DNA of 62,148 nt from a virus (lineage: Duplodnaviria > Caudoviricetes), in the IMG/VR virus record IMGVR_UViG_3300037010_004533, positions 1 through 62,148 of that record; one strand, given 5' to 3'. The position numbers and the translations under genes are program-made. How positions within the stretch are numbered: position 1 is the stretch's first letter; every line of letters begins with the position of its first letter. Shown one piece after another: positions 18,010 to 27,526 of this stretch. Under the pieces are notes generated by a model. It made no database searches. It had not been told where the DNA came from and saw nothing but the letters and a program-made list of their open reading frames with translations.

Positions 18010-19272
18010 TTACTTACCTCCGTTTTCCTTGAGGCGGGCGACGGCCTGGATCAGGGAGCAGCCGTGCTTTTCCGCGTAGTCCTTGGCGAGGGCCAGCTCC
18101 TCCAGGCCTTCGGGGTCAACCTCGAAGCCGGGGGCGGCAGCGAACTCGACGGGGGCGGGCCCGTCCGCCGGGGGCTTCGTGCCACCGGACACGTCGCCGA
18201 AGCTGACCACCTTGGGCAGCCCGGTGACGAAGCTCTTGAAGTAGTCGAGCGAGGTGGGCGTCTGCTTCTCGTCGCCCTCGCCGAACTCCAGGGTCGAGGG
18301 GGCCTGATGCAGGCACTCCATGAACTCGACCATGCCGGGGACCAGCGCGGGGATGAGGCGGCCTTCGTTGACCTGGGCCTCGCAGAAGGAGGCGAAGTCA
18401 GCCTTGCGCTGCTTCGTCTCGGCGGCGGTGATGCGAGCTTCGCGGTCGCGCAGCTCCGCATCCTTAGCCTCAAGGGCGGCCTGCTTCTCGGCGAAGTCGG
18501 CCTGCGCCTTGGGGTCGATGGCGGTGGTCGTCATCGCATTCTCCTTCGGTGGAACGACCTCGCCGAACGCGGGGTCGGGGTTGACAGGGGGCGCCTCCAC
18601 GGGCTTCTCCGTGGAGGCGGGGGGATCGTTCTTGGCGGGCTCGCCGAAGCCGGGGGTGGCGACGACGGCCTCGGAATCCAGGTCAGGGCGGGCAGCGGCT
18701 CGCTCCACGTCCTCGACGAGGTAGCTGGGCAGAGCCTTGTCGGCCTCTTCCTTGTTCCATTTGCCGAGCACCCACTCGCGCAGGCCGCGCAGGGCGCGGG
18801 CCAGGGAGCCGACCTCCCAGGTGTTCAGCTCGCCGAACTCGACGGTCACGGAGCCATCCTCGGCAGCGGCGAAGCTGGCGGTCTTCAGGCCCTTCACGGC
18901 GGGGGCGGCAGCGCCCAGGAAACCGACGTGACGCAGGTAGTGCGTCCCGGGCTTGGGATTCGCCGGGGCATCGGGAAGATAGATGCTCGCGCTGATCTTC
19001 TTGAAGGCGCCCTGCTTCACCAGCTCGGCGAAGTCGGGGTTAACCTGCTCGGGCTCGGCCTCCAGGATGCCCTTCTCGTTGAAGGCGAGGCTCTTGACCC
19101 AGCCGTAAGCAGGATCATCGAGCTTGGGGTGGCCGACCACGAGGGGGGCCTGGAAGATCGACGGATCGTAGGAGTCCGCGATCTCCTTGACCGCGCTCTC
19201 GCCGAACTCGATGGTCACGCCACTGACTGCGGTGTGCTTGCCGGTCTTGAATATCTCCAGTCGCTTACTCAC
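18010..19272 (-). CDS. Prohead protease/scaffold (Mu gpI-like)
   Basis: APLVVGHP..PAYGWV, FKKISAS and LRHVGFLGAAAPAVKGL; GTG start after GGAGG re-called. Confidence 0.88.
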   Translation of the reverse strand: MSKRLEIFKTGKHTAVSGVTIEFGESAVKEIADSYDPSIFQAPLVVGHPKLDDPAYGWVKSLAFNEKGILEAEPEQVNPDFAELVKQGAFKKISASIYLPDAPANPKPGTHYLRHVGFLGAAAPAVKGLKTASFAAAEDGSVTVEFGELNTWEVGSLARALRGLREWVLGKWNKEEADKALPSYLVEDVERAAARPDLDSEAVVATPGFGEPAKNDPPASTEKPVEAPPVNPDPAFGEVVPPKENAMTTTAIDPKAQADFAEKQAALEAKDAELRDREARITAAETKQRKADFASFCEAQVNEGRLIPALVPGMVEFMECLHQAPSTLEFGEGDEKQTPTSLDYFKSFVTGLPKVVSFGDVSGGTKPPADGPAPVEFAAAPGFEVDPEGLEELALAKDYAEKHGCSLIQAVARLKENGGK

Positions 19273-19336
19273 GCAAGGCCTCCTGGCTACGGGAACTGCG
19301 TCGTAGCCTTCAGCCTGCGGGGGGGGCACCTGGTTG

Positions 19337-19358
19337 TCTGTTTGCCCAGGTGAAAACG
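19337..19358 (-). promoter_or_regulatory. Late-promoter box upstream of protease/capsid
   Basis: TTTTCACCTGGGCAAACAGA, with CAGGCT 23 nt after GGGCAAA. Confidence 0.7.
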
Positions 19359-19365
19359 TGAAGAC

Positions 19366-19818
19366 TCAGGCCTGCTCTAGCACTTTCCGCAGCTCGCCCT
19401 TGATGACCGTGCCGATGCTCTGCCGGTCGCTCTGGCTGATGCCGAGGAAGGGCCGCAGCCGGAGCGGATTCTCGGGGTCCTGGTGATGCTTCGCGTATTC
19501 GGCAGCAGTCCCGATTGCCACGGTGTCCTCGCCGATGAGCTGCCAGTTCAAGGTCTGCCGCATGTAGCCGGTGCGCTGGAGGATCTTCGTGATGAAGCCC
19601 TTCTTCCTCTTCCACTCCTTGTAATCCTCGTTGAGCGGCCTCCAGGCGTTGCCTTCAGGGTCGATCTCCCGCGCCCATCGCTCGTCGGTGTGCCGCTTCA
19701 CCTTCTCGCCGATCCGGCTCAGGATCGGAGGGAGCCACACGCCAGCCTTGGCGAGGAGCTGGAGGCCGTGCTCTACCTTTCGCTTGTCATCGCCTTCCCA
19801 GGTGACGGTGACTTCCAT
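19366..19818 (-). CDS. Virion morphogenesis protein (Mu gpG-like)
   Basis: DPEGNAWRPL, ILQRTG, YAKHHQ and RPFLGIS motifs. Confidence 0.88.
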   Translation of the reverse strand: MEVTVTWEGDDKRKVEHGLQLLAKAGVWLPPILSRIGEKVKRHTDERWAREIDPEGNAWRPLNEDYKEWKRKKGFITKILQRTGYMRQTLNWQLIGEDTVAIGTAAEYAKHHQDPENPLRLRPFLGISQSDRQSIGTVIKGELRKVLEQA

Positions 19819-19819
19819 C

Positions 19820-20578
19820 TCAGTCCTCCGCGAGGTATGCCTGGATTTCCTTCCGCAGGCTGTCCGAGATCGGCTTAGAGTAGCCGCGCATCTTCTCCTT
19901 GATGACGGGGCGCATTCGCTCCACGGACGTCTTGCCGGGGGTGTAGTCGAAGCCTATGTCCACGCCAGGCATGGCCTCCCCGGGGCGAGTGGGCATGAGG
20001 GGGTTTGGGGCCTTGTCCAGCACCTTGAGCCCCTTCTCGGCCAAGTCGTTCGCATCCATGGCGAAGACCGTGCATTTGCAGCCCCAGCCGCAGGGCGGGT
20101 AGTGGTCGCTCCAGAAGGTGTCGCTCGCGGCGAGCACCATGCCGTCCCAGGCGAGATGCTGGGGGCGGGGATGCACCGAGTCGCCGTGGCGCCACATCCA
20201 GTAGGGCATCGCCTTCAGGAAGCTCGGCTCGGTCATCTGCGCGTAGCGGCCGGCGCTGTAGGAGGTCAGATAGTTCGTCTCCCAAATCACCCGGGCCCGC
20301 CAGGAGGGCGTTCCATAGTGGACCCAGCCGTGCTTCGAGACAATCTCCTCGAAATTCTTCTGGAACCACTCCAGGCCCTTGCCCTCGGCGATGGCCTGCT
20401 CCACGGCGTTGCGAAGGTCCTGGAGGAGATCCGCCTTCATCGCGCCCGCGACCATGAAGGCGTGGTCGTGCTCGTCCCTCATCACGTCGCGCCAGGACTT
20501 CGTGGGCTTGTTGATCTTGCCCCGAAGGAAGCGGAGCTGCTCGCGGAACGGGAGCCGCAGGGGGAGGTCGATGCTCAT
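19820..20578 (-). CDS. Head morphogenesis/minor head protein (Mu gpF-like)
   Basis: AFMVAGA, RARVIWETN...SYSAGR, HLAWDG and PPCGWGCKC motifs; start re-called at MSIDLP. Confidence 0.9.
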   Translation of the reverse strand: MSIDLPLRLPFREQLRFLRGKINKPTKSWRDVMRDEHDHAFMVAGAMKADLLQDLRNAVEQAIAEGKGLEWFQKNFEEIVSKHGWVHYGTPSWRARVIWETNYLTSYSAGRYAQMTEPSFLKAMPYWMWRHGDSVHPRPQHLAWDGMVLAASDTFWSDHYPPCGWGCKCTVFAMDANDLAEKGLKVLDKAPNPLMPTRPGEAMPGVDIGFDYTPGKTSVERMRPVIKEKMRGYSKPISDSLRKEIQAYLAED

Positions 20579-20895
20579 GCGCCCTTCCTCACACTCTGCC
20601 GGACGCCCTGGACCAGGATCCGGCCGGCGCTCGTCGTGATCCTGGCGAGGTGGAGGTAGAGGCCGCCGTGGACCCCGCCCTTCACCCACTGGCTCACGTC
20701 GGTCCCTTCGACGGCGGCGTTCCCTTGAAGCATCGTTGCCGTGTCCTCGGTGGTGCCCTGGCGCTCGATGGTCCAAGTCGCGCTCTGGATCGTCTCATTG
20801 GGGGCCAGGAGCGACGCGAAGCCGACCGTCAGCTTGATCGTCTCGCCCGGGTCCTTGGCGCTGAAGTTTAGGGCAGCGTTTTCAATCAGACTCAT
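20575..20895 (-). CDS. Putative fibre/appendage adaptor protein
   Basis: KDPGE...FASLL...ETIQSATW...ITTSAGR pattern seen in small virion adaptor proteins. Confidence 0.55.
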   Translation of the reverse strand: MSLIENAALNFSAKDPGETIKLTVGFASLLAPNETIQSATWTIERQGTTEDTATMLQGNAAVEGTDVSQWVKGGVHGGLYLHLARITTSAGRILVQGVRQSVRKGA

Positions 20896-22571
20896 GCCGA
20901 CACCTCATAGATTCGGGGTTCAACCTCAACCCGGTGGCCCCGCTCCGGCACCTCCAGGCGGTATTGGCGGGCCCTGGCGATGGCTCCGTGCTGTCTCTCG
21001 GGCAGCTCCACCCGATAGAGCCGGGCGGAAGCCTCGACGCGCTGGGACTCGGCAAGGCCGAAGCCGGAAGCCTCGATCTCGGCGAGGGCGAACAGGATGG
21101 AGACAGGAGAGGCCACCGCTCTAGCCCCGCCCCGGGCTCCGACCCGGGACACGGAATGGGACACGAGCAAGGGCGCAGCACCGACCCGAGCCGCGCCACG
21201 AGCGGATCCAGCAGGGACATGGAACGGGACAACGACCGGAACAGCACCGACCCGTGCGCCGCCCCGCGCTGTGACCGCGCCCCTGGTGTGCGCGAGCGTC
21301 ACGGGGGTCAGGCCCACCTTGGCGCCGGCCTTCAGCCCCAGGGGGGCGACGGAGGCCGTGATCTGCACGGAGGCAGCCGAGACGCGGGCCCCGCCCTTGG
21401 CCGTCACGGCTCCCCGGGCGTGGGTCAGGGTGACGGGAGAGGCGCCCACGGTGGCGGGGACCTTTGCGGCGCCGGCGTAGGCCAGGACGGGCCCCTGGAC
21501 GTGGGCCAGGATGACGGCCGCCGCGCCCACCTTGGCCCCGCCCTTGGCAGAGGCGGACGCGCTCACGGAGGCCTGGACAGGCGAGGCGCCGGCCTTGGCC
21601 CCGCCCTTGGCCGCTACGGAGCCCTGGACATGGGGTGCCTGGACAGGGGCGGCCGAGGTCCGGGCCCCACCCTTGGCTCCGGCGGAGGCGGTGACGGCCA
21701 CCTGAACGGCACTCGCCGAGGACCTGGCCCCGCCCTTGGCGCTGGCGGCGCAGGAGAAGGAGGCGAGGCACCCGTCAGCCCCTACGCTCACGCTCCCGGA
21801 GAGGCCCGGATCAGCCTTGAAGGAGATCAGGACGCTCCCGACCTTCATGTTATAGGTGGAGGCCACCGTCTCGGAGTAGGAGCCGGCCGTTGGCGCCGTC
21901 TTGGAGAACAGGGCCAGCGAGGGGTAGGCGCCGGCCATCTCGTATTGCTTGGCGAAGCCGGTCCCCGATTCCATGAGCATCGGGGCAGAGCTGTAGTTCT
22001 GGCCCCACACACCGATGAGGATAGACCCAGGGGCGCTCGTAGCGACGGCCGCGCTCGCGTGAGAGGAGGAGCTGGAAGCCTCGTCTGCGTCCCACACGAA
22101 GGCATCGAGCACCGCGTCCAGGGTCTTCGCGCAACCGGCGATGACGGTGACGATCAAGCCCTTGTTCGCCCCGGTGCTGCCGAAGGAAACGGCGATGTTT
22201 CCGCTCTCCTTCGCCACGGCATAGAACAGGTGCATGTCGGCGTCGCACCCGCCGGCATAGGAGTAGCCCGATCCGGCCTCGCGGTAGGTGTTCCCGCCCC
22301 CACTGGCCGAGTCTGAACAGGTGGTCGCCAGGAGGGTCGCGGAGGACGTGATGGTGGCAACCACGATCAGGTCCCCGGCCTGCACGTCGAGGCTCGGGAC
22401 AGAGGAGCCCCGAGCGCCGGCGGTGCAGCGGACGAACGGCGGAGTAGGGGCGGGCCCCTGGCTGGACGCAGGCCAGAACCCGGCCCCCGCCACCAGCTCG
22501 GCAGGCGTGGTGCCGTCGAAGGTGGCGAGGAGTGGGCGGGTCGCCCGGATGTTCCAGACGGGCTCGGCCAT
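20892..22571 (-). CDS. Ala/Gly/Val/Ser-rich repeat virion protein (putative head fibre)
   Basis: Beta-rich N-terminal domain followed by ~10 repeats of AKGGA(R/K)VGAxPV. Confidence 0.65.
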   Translation of the reverse strand: MAEPVWNIRATRPLLATFDGTTPAELVAGAGFWPASSQGPAPTPPFVRCTAGARGSSVPSLDVQAGDLIVVATITSSATLLATTCSDSASGGGNTYREAGSGYSYAGGCDADMHLFYAVAKESGNIAVSFGSTGANKGLIVTVIAGCAKTLDAVLDAFVWDADEASSSSSHASAAVATSAPGSILIGVWGQNYSSAPMLMESGTGFAKQYEMAGAYPSLALFSKTAPTAGSYSETVASTYNMKVGSVLISFKADPGLSGSVSVGADGCLASFSCAASAKGGARSSASAVQVAVTASAGAKGGARTSAAPVQAPHVQGSVAAKGGAKAGASPVQASVSASASAKGGAKVGAAAVILAHVQGPVLAYAGAAKVPATVGASPVTLTHARGAVTAKGGARVSAASVQITASVAPLGLKAGAKVGLTPVTLAHTRGAVTARGGARVGAVPVVVPFHVPAGSARGAARVGAAPLLVSHSVSRVGARGGARAVASPVSILFALAEIEASGFGLAESQRVEASARLYRVELPERQHGAIARARQYRLEVPERGHRVEVEPRIYEVSA

Positions 22572-22575
22572 GATG

Positions 22576-23400
22576 CTACGCGGCGCCGATCACGAAGGTT
22601 CCCAGGACCGTCCCGATGGAGCCGGTCACACACAGATGGAACGGGCAGATGCAGGCGTTCGTCGGAACCTTCGGCATTCCGAGGTAGGCCCAGTCCGACT
22701 TGTCCGTGAAGTTCGCGGACGGAACGGAATTGGAGGCAAGCCGCTTGAACGCGGTCACACCAAAGGATCCGGCGCTCCCCGTGCTGGCCGAGAGGGTGAC
22801 GCTGGAGATGGCCTTGATCCACTTCCCGTTAGTCGGAAGGATCGACATGAGGCGGCTGCCCACGACGCTCGCGGGGATGCTCACGGAGATGTTGCCGGTG
22901 GAATCGTCATGGTAGGTCACGGCCACGGTGGCGGTAACGGCGGTGCTGCCCAGGCCGGAGTAAACCTCCAGGAACCATTGCACGTCGGATCCGTCCGCAG
23001 CACAGCGGCCATCCGACACGGCGCCGGTCAGGGTGGCGCCCACAGTCTGCGCGGTGGTCAAGGTCCCGTTCAGGCCGCCCATGTGGCCGATTCGATCCGC
23101 CCAGATAAAATTCTGGCCGGCATTCGAGAGGGTCACTTCCGTCAAGAGGAGGCGGTTCGTCTTGGTTCCGCCCGCCACGAGGAAGGGAGCCCAGCTCCCA
23201 GGCGTGGAGGCCGTGGGATGGCTCCAGGCTCCAGGGGCGGAGCCGGCGCCGGGGAAGCCGGATTGGATCCAGCCGGAATGGTAGACGCCAGCCGAGGCGC
23301 TCAGGGAGTTCTTGTTGAAGTCCTGCCGGCAACCAGGGCCGCCGGCGCCAGCCGCCGCCATGGCGGCAACAATATCCGCAGGCGTAGCAAAGTCGCTCAC
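22576..23400 (-). CDS. Putative virion structural protein
   Basis: Gly/Thr/Ser-rich beta protein, coupled within the portal-gpF insertion. Confidence 0.6.
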   Translation of the reverse strand: MSDFATPADIVAAMAAAGAGGPGCRQDFNKNSLSASAGVYHSGWIQSGFPGAGSAPGAWSHPTASTPGSWAPFLVAGGTKTNRLLLTEVTLSNAGQNFIWADRIGHMGGLNGTLTTAQTVGATLTGAVSDGRCAADGSDVQWFLEVYSGLGSTAVTATVAVTYHDDSTGNISVSIPASVVGSRLMSILPTNGKWIKAISSVTLSASTGSAGSFGVTAFKRLASNSVPSANFTDKSDWAYLGMPKVPTNACICPFHLCVTGSIGTVLGTFVIGAA

Positions 23401-23561
23401 TGGGTCACCTCAAGGAAACAGGGGGAGAAGGCAGACTCCACCCCCACCAAGAACACGACGGTCTGCCCATCCGAGGCTGTGCCCACCTCGCGCACCGTGA
23501 AGGTGCCGGGGAAGGCGTCCGCGAAGGGCGGGAGGATGTGGACAGAGGCGCCGGGCTGCAT
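23397..23561 (-). CDS. 54-aa hypothetical protein
   Basis: MQPGASVHILPPFADAFPG...; fills the gap exactly, with its stop overlapping the next GTG (not in ORF track). Confidence 0.55.
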   Translation of the reverse strand: MQPGASVHILPPFADAFPGTFTVREVGTASDGQTVVFLVGVESAFSPCFLEVTQ

Positions 23562-23564
23562 AGG

Positions 23565-23981
23565 TTAGCCCAGCCGCACGAGGCCCACGCCGGAGCTGGG
23601 GATGTTCACCGTGAAGTCGCCGCCGTTCGAGGTGATGGTCGCGCCGAAGTCGATAACCTCCAGGACCTTCCCGGTGGTGGAGTCGTAGAGCACAGCCCCG
23701 TCCGCCGAGATGTTGGAGGTGGGCCAGACGGCATCGGCGAAGTCCACGCTCGCCACGCCGTCAGTCGAAGCGGCCGTGTAGCCAGAGAGGGCGATGCCTC
23801 CGGCGGTGTAGCCGTTGCCGGCGGCGACCTCATTGGCGCCGAGGGCCGAATAGGTGTCGATCTTCCCCACGGTGGCGCCGACCTTGATGAGCGCCAGCTT
23901 GTAGGTATCGCCCGGAGGCATGATGGCAGCCAGGGCCTCGCTCTTGCGGTTGTCCGGCATCCCGGCGGTGATGTTGGTCAT
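23565..23981 (-). CDS. Putative virion appendage base protein
   Basis: YKLAL...EV.AGNGYTAGG.AL...DFAD...GAVLYD...IDFG...GDFTV pattern of phage structural proteins. Confidence 0.7.
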   Translation of the reverse strand: MTNITAGMPDNRKSEALAAIMPPGDTYKLALIKVGATVGKIDTYSALGANEVAAGNGYTAGGIALSGYTAASTDGVASVDFADAVWPTSNISADGAVLYDSTTGKVLEVIDFGATITSNGGDFTVNIPSSGVGLVRLG

Positions 23982-24007
23982 GGTGGGACTCCTTCAGGTG
24001 GGGGGGG

Positions 24008-25483
24008 TTACTTGCGGGCGGACTCCTGGAGCACGTCATAGCGCCCCATGAAGGCCGCCACCTGGAAGGCCTCGGCCATCTTTTCCATGAAGGCCGTGGC
24101 ATCCAGCTCGGAGTAGGCGTGATCCAGCTTGTCGCGGAGGTCCTCCAGACTCCGGGCGTCCTTGACGATCTTCCGCAGCGGGTCAATCACGCCGGAGAGG
24201 TCCGTCTCGGCCATGGCGCGGTCTACCTGCCGGTCCACATTGCTCGACGGCGAGGAGTGCTCTGCGAAGGCCGGGGCCTTCTCGCCGGGCTTGCCTGGGG
24301 GAACGGGAGGCGGCTCCTGGACCTTCTCGTAATCGGTCCCGTAGACGCGCTCGATGCGCTCGGGGGTGGGCTGATAGCCGACCGCCTTGAGGGCCTGGTC
24401 TTTCTCGGCCTCGGCCTTCAGATCGGCGGGCACCTCGACCTTGCGGACCATCTTGGGCGGCTCGGCCCCCGGGCAATTCAGCTCGACGATCCAGCGCACG
24501 ATAGTCCTGTTCAGCGTCTCACAGATCAGCTCGGCATCGCTCTGAGCAAGCTCCAGGCGCACCTCGTTGTGAGTCTGTGAGGCCGCATAGCTGCCCACCT
24601 GCCCCATGGTCGTCGTGAGCGTTTCGCCGAGGACCGTCTTGCTCATCTCCTCGTCGAAGTAGCGCACGGCCCGCTCGTAGGGGTCGCCCGTGGTGCCCTG
24701 GGTGAGGGCCGTGATCTTCTGGCCCGCCGGGACGGCGATGGCTCCGATCCGGCCCGCCTTCTGGAGGTTCTCCAGGTAGACATTGATCTCGTCGTTGGAG
24801 AACCCGGCGGGATACTCCCCGGCGATCATGGGCGAGGCGAACCGCTCCGTATGCTGGAGCCAATAGCGCATGAGGGCCCGCTTGAAGTAGGCGGCCCAGT
24901 AGAGCTTCTGGCCGAGCCCGATGCCGTAGGGGTTGCCGTCTCGGCTGCCGAAGGTGAAGACGATGAACTTTCGCTCGGGGACCTCGATCCCCGTGAGGGG
25001 CTCCTCGTAGGTCAGAAGGCGCAGCTCCCAGCCACCGGGACGCTTCAGGTTCTCCAGGAAGCGGAAGCGGCGCTGGTCCACGGCCCGGAACTCCTTGGGC
25101 AGGATCTTCTTGTCGCTGGTGCGCTCCCACATCACCTCGACCACGGCAAAGCCCTTCAGGAGGCCGTCCGCGAGCGAGAGCCAGAGCCCGTCGAGGTCCT
25201 TGTCGAGGGACTCCTTGACGAACTCGGCGGCGGCCGTGTCCGTGCTGGACTCGCTCCCCGGCGCATATTCGACGGGGTGGGACAGCGGCGCCATCTTCCG
25301 CTTGTTCAGGACCGAGTAGGCATGGGAGTCGCGCTCGATCTCGTTGTAAATATCGAGCCCGCGCACTCCGGCCTTGCTACGCAGAATCTCATCCTTCGTG
25401 ACGAGCAGGCCCATGTAAACCCGCGTCAGGATGTCGTTCTGGTTGGTTGCAATCGTCTCAAGCAAACTGCTCAGGTTCGGCAT
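24008..25483 (-). CDS. Portal protein (DUF935/Mu gp29-like)
   Basis: GFAVVEVMW, NPYGIGL, MSKTVLGETLTT and GSYAASQTHNEVR motifs. Confidence 0.92.
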   Translation of the reverse strand: MPNLSSLLETIATNQNDILTRVYMGLLVTKDEILRSKAGVRGLDIYNEIERDSHAYSVLNKRKMAPLSHPVEYAPGSESSTDTAAAEFVKESLDKDLDGLWLSLADGLLKGFAVVEVMWERTSDKKILPKEFRAVDQRRFRFLENLKRPGGWELRLLTYEEPLTGIEVPERKFIVFTFGSRDGNPYGIGLGQKLYWAAYFKRALMRYWLQHTERFASPMIAGEYPAGFSNDEINVYLENLQKAGRIGAIAVPAGQKITALTQGTTGDPYERAVRYFDEEMSKTVLGETLTTTMGQVGSYAASQTHNEVRLELAQSDAELICETLNRTIVRWIVELNCPGAEPPKMVRKVEVPADLKAEAEKDQALKAVGYQPTPERIERVYGTDYEKVQEPPPVPPGKPGEKAPAFAEHSSPSSNVDRQVDRAMAETDLSGVIDPLRKIVKDARSLEDLRDKLDHAYSELDATAFMEKMAEAFQVAAFMGRYDVLQESARK

Positions 25484-25491
25484 AGGGGTCC

Positions 25492-27042
25492 TCAGAAGTC
25501 GAGGGAAGCGGATTCAAGCTCTCTTCCCAATCTCAGCCCTGAAGACCCGGAATTTATATTTGCCCAGGTAAGGAACTGAGTCGTGGAATCCACGTCGTCG
25601 TCGTGGGCAGCCGCCGGGAAGAGGCAGATGGAATCCAGGTAGTCGGCCACCCAGGGTTCGCCCTCGGGCAGCATGACGAGGCCGGCCTCGACCAGAGGGG
25701 ATACGCTGTTCGCTCGGGCCACCTTGTCCGTGAGCGGCTTCACCGGGACGAAGGGGATCCGGGTGTCGCGCCGGAGGGTCTGGAGGGCCTCGGTCCCGGC
25801 GCTCGTATCTTCCACTAGGACGACCGAAGGGGACCATTTTGAGGCAAGGAATTTGATCTGGTTCCGCAGTTCCGGGGACTCGACCTTCTCCTTCCAGACG
25901 TGGAGCAGGTAGTAGGCATTCTTCGTGATGCCCCAGGTCGTGCAAACCGTGTAGTCGTTCTCCTGGCCGGTCTTCTGCGCCGTGTCCCAGCTCTGCACGA
26001 TCCGGTCAACGTGCTGCCGCTGGATGTCCGGGTGGAGCCGATAGGTCTTGAACCACGCCCGGCGGAAGATGTTGCCCTCGGCGGCGGCCGGGCGCTGCTG
26101 GTGTTGGCCGGCGTAGCCCGCCGAGCCCTTGAGCCGCTTCTCGGCCAGGACCACATCCATCGGGAACCGGGCCGGGAAGAACAGCTCGCCGGGCTCCCGG
26201 CGGGGGTCCTTCCAGCCCTGGAGGGTGTAGCCCGTCTTCGCCTCGCGCTCGGTGAGCCTCTTCGGGTCCACCGGCTTCAGGCTCGTCGGCTTGGTGTCCG
26301 GGTCCTTCTCCTGGGGGATCTCGTATTCCTGGCGGATCACGAGCACGTCCCAATCCTCGCGGTCCTTCTTCAGGATGTGCCCGGTCAGGTCCTCCTCATG
26401 GAGACGCTGCTGGATCAGGCACCGGACGCCCTTGCTCATATCCGTCAGGCGGTTGTAGGCCGCGTTGTCCCACCAGGAATTGACGGCCATCCGGTCGGCC
26501 TTGCCGCCCTCGGCGTCGTTCGGGTCGTCAACGAAGATCGCATCGGCCCGCTTGCCGGTGATCCGGGCGCCAACGCTGATCGCCTGCCGGAAGCCGGTCT
26601 TGGTGTTCCGGTAGTGGCCCTTCGCGTTCTGATCCTTCGAGAGGCTCCAGTCGGGCCTGAAGGTCTGCTGGTACCACTGGCTCTCGATGATGTCCCGGCA
26701 CTTCATCGAGTCGCGGAGCGCCACCCCGTCGTCGCCGGAGATGAAGAGGGCTCGCCAGGACGGCTTCCTGAGCCACATCCAGGCTGGGGCGCAGACGCTC
26801 AGGATCGTCGATTTGCAGCTCCCGGGCGGGACGTTGATGATGAGGTTCCGCTTATCGAGGCGCCCCTCAAGAAGGGCCTGGATGTGATCGCAGATGGCAT
26901 CCAGCGGCCAGTCCCATAGGATCGTCGTCGTGGGCTCGATCACGCTCCAGGCATGACGAACGAACTGCGCCAGGGATCGCCGGCACAGGTTGGCCTCGGC
27001 CTCACGGGACAGCCCCGTGAGTTTGAGGCTATTCTCCACCAT
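25492..27042 (-). CDS. terL: Terminase large subunit
   Basis: INVPPGSCKST, FVDDP, QSWDTA and HDDDVDSTTQ motifs. Confidence 0.95.
   Translation of the reverse strand: MVENSLKLTGLSREAEANLCRRSLAQFVRHAWSVIEPTTTILWDWPLDAICDHIQALLEGRLDKRNLIINVPPGSCKSTILSVCAPAWMWLRKPSWRALFISGDDGVALRDSMKCRDIIESQWYQQTFRPDWSLSKDQNAKGHYRNTKTGFRQAISVGARITGKRADAIFVDDPNDAEGGKADRMAVNSWWDNAAYNRLTDMSKGVRCLIQQRLHEEDLTGHILKKDREDWDVLVIRQEYEIPQEKDPDTKPTSLKPVDPKRLTEREAKTGYTLQGWKDPRREPGELFFPARFPMDVVLAEKRLKGSAGYAGQHQQRPAAAEGNIFRRAWFKTYRLHPDIQRQHVDRIVQSWDTAQKTGQENDYTVCTTWGITKNAYYLLHVWKEKVESPELRNQIKFLASKWSPSVVLVEDTSAGTEALQTLRRDTRIPFVPVKPLTDKVARANSVSPLVEAGLVMLPEGEPWVADYLDSICLFPAAAHDDDVDSTTQFLTWANINSGSSGLRLGRELESASLDF
25555..25573 (-). 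promoter_or_regulatory. Late-promoter box inside the terL 3' end, upstream of portal
   Basis: TTACCTGGGCAAATATA matches the five-copy motif. Confidence 0.62.
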
Positions 27043-27526
27043 CGTCAGCCTTGCGCTTCCTGGCCTTCGTCAGGAGAGCTTGGAGCTGCACCACCTCCTC
27101 AACGGTGAGCAGGTCGAGGTCGTATTCCTCCTCCGAAACCTGGATCGGGCCGCCGCCGGGGCCGGTCAGCTCATTCTTCAGCATGGTCGGCATGTCCAGA
27201 CCTGCCAGCTTGGCTCGGCGCTCGGAAATCTTCAGGAGTTTGTCGATGGCCCCCAGGTCGCCCTCGGTGCCCTTCTTCCAGATGGCGAAGAGGAGGTCGT
27301 CCAGGCGGGCCAGCTCGAGCTTCCGCAGCTCCTCCGCCGGCTCGGTCACGAGCCCCTTCATCGCCCTCTCCCAGGCCCGATAGGCGCCCGACTTGTCCTT
27401 GTAGCCCACGCGATCCGCGATCACCTCGAACGGGACGCCGGCCTTCCGCATCGTGAGGACGCGGTTCATTCGCTCGGCTGCCGCCGTGCGCCGGGGGCTC
27501 GTCTTAGATTCTCCTTGTCCTGGCAT
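27029..27526 (-). CDS. Terminase small subunit
   Basis: N-terminal HTH (FEVIADRVGY), RRAKLAGLD and ELTGPGGGPIQ; immediately upstream of terL. Confidence 0.8.
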   Translation of the reverse strand: MPGQGESKTSPRRTAAAERMNRVLTMRKAGVPFEVIADRVGYKDKSGAYRAWERAMKGLVTEPAEELRKLELARLDDLLFAIWKKGTEGDLGAIDKLLKISERRAKLAGLDMPTMLKNELTGPGGGPIQVSEEEYDLDLLTVEEVVQLQALLTKARKRKADDGGE

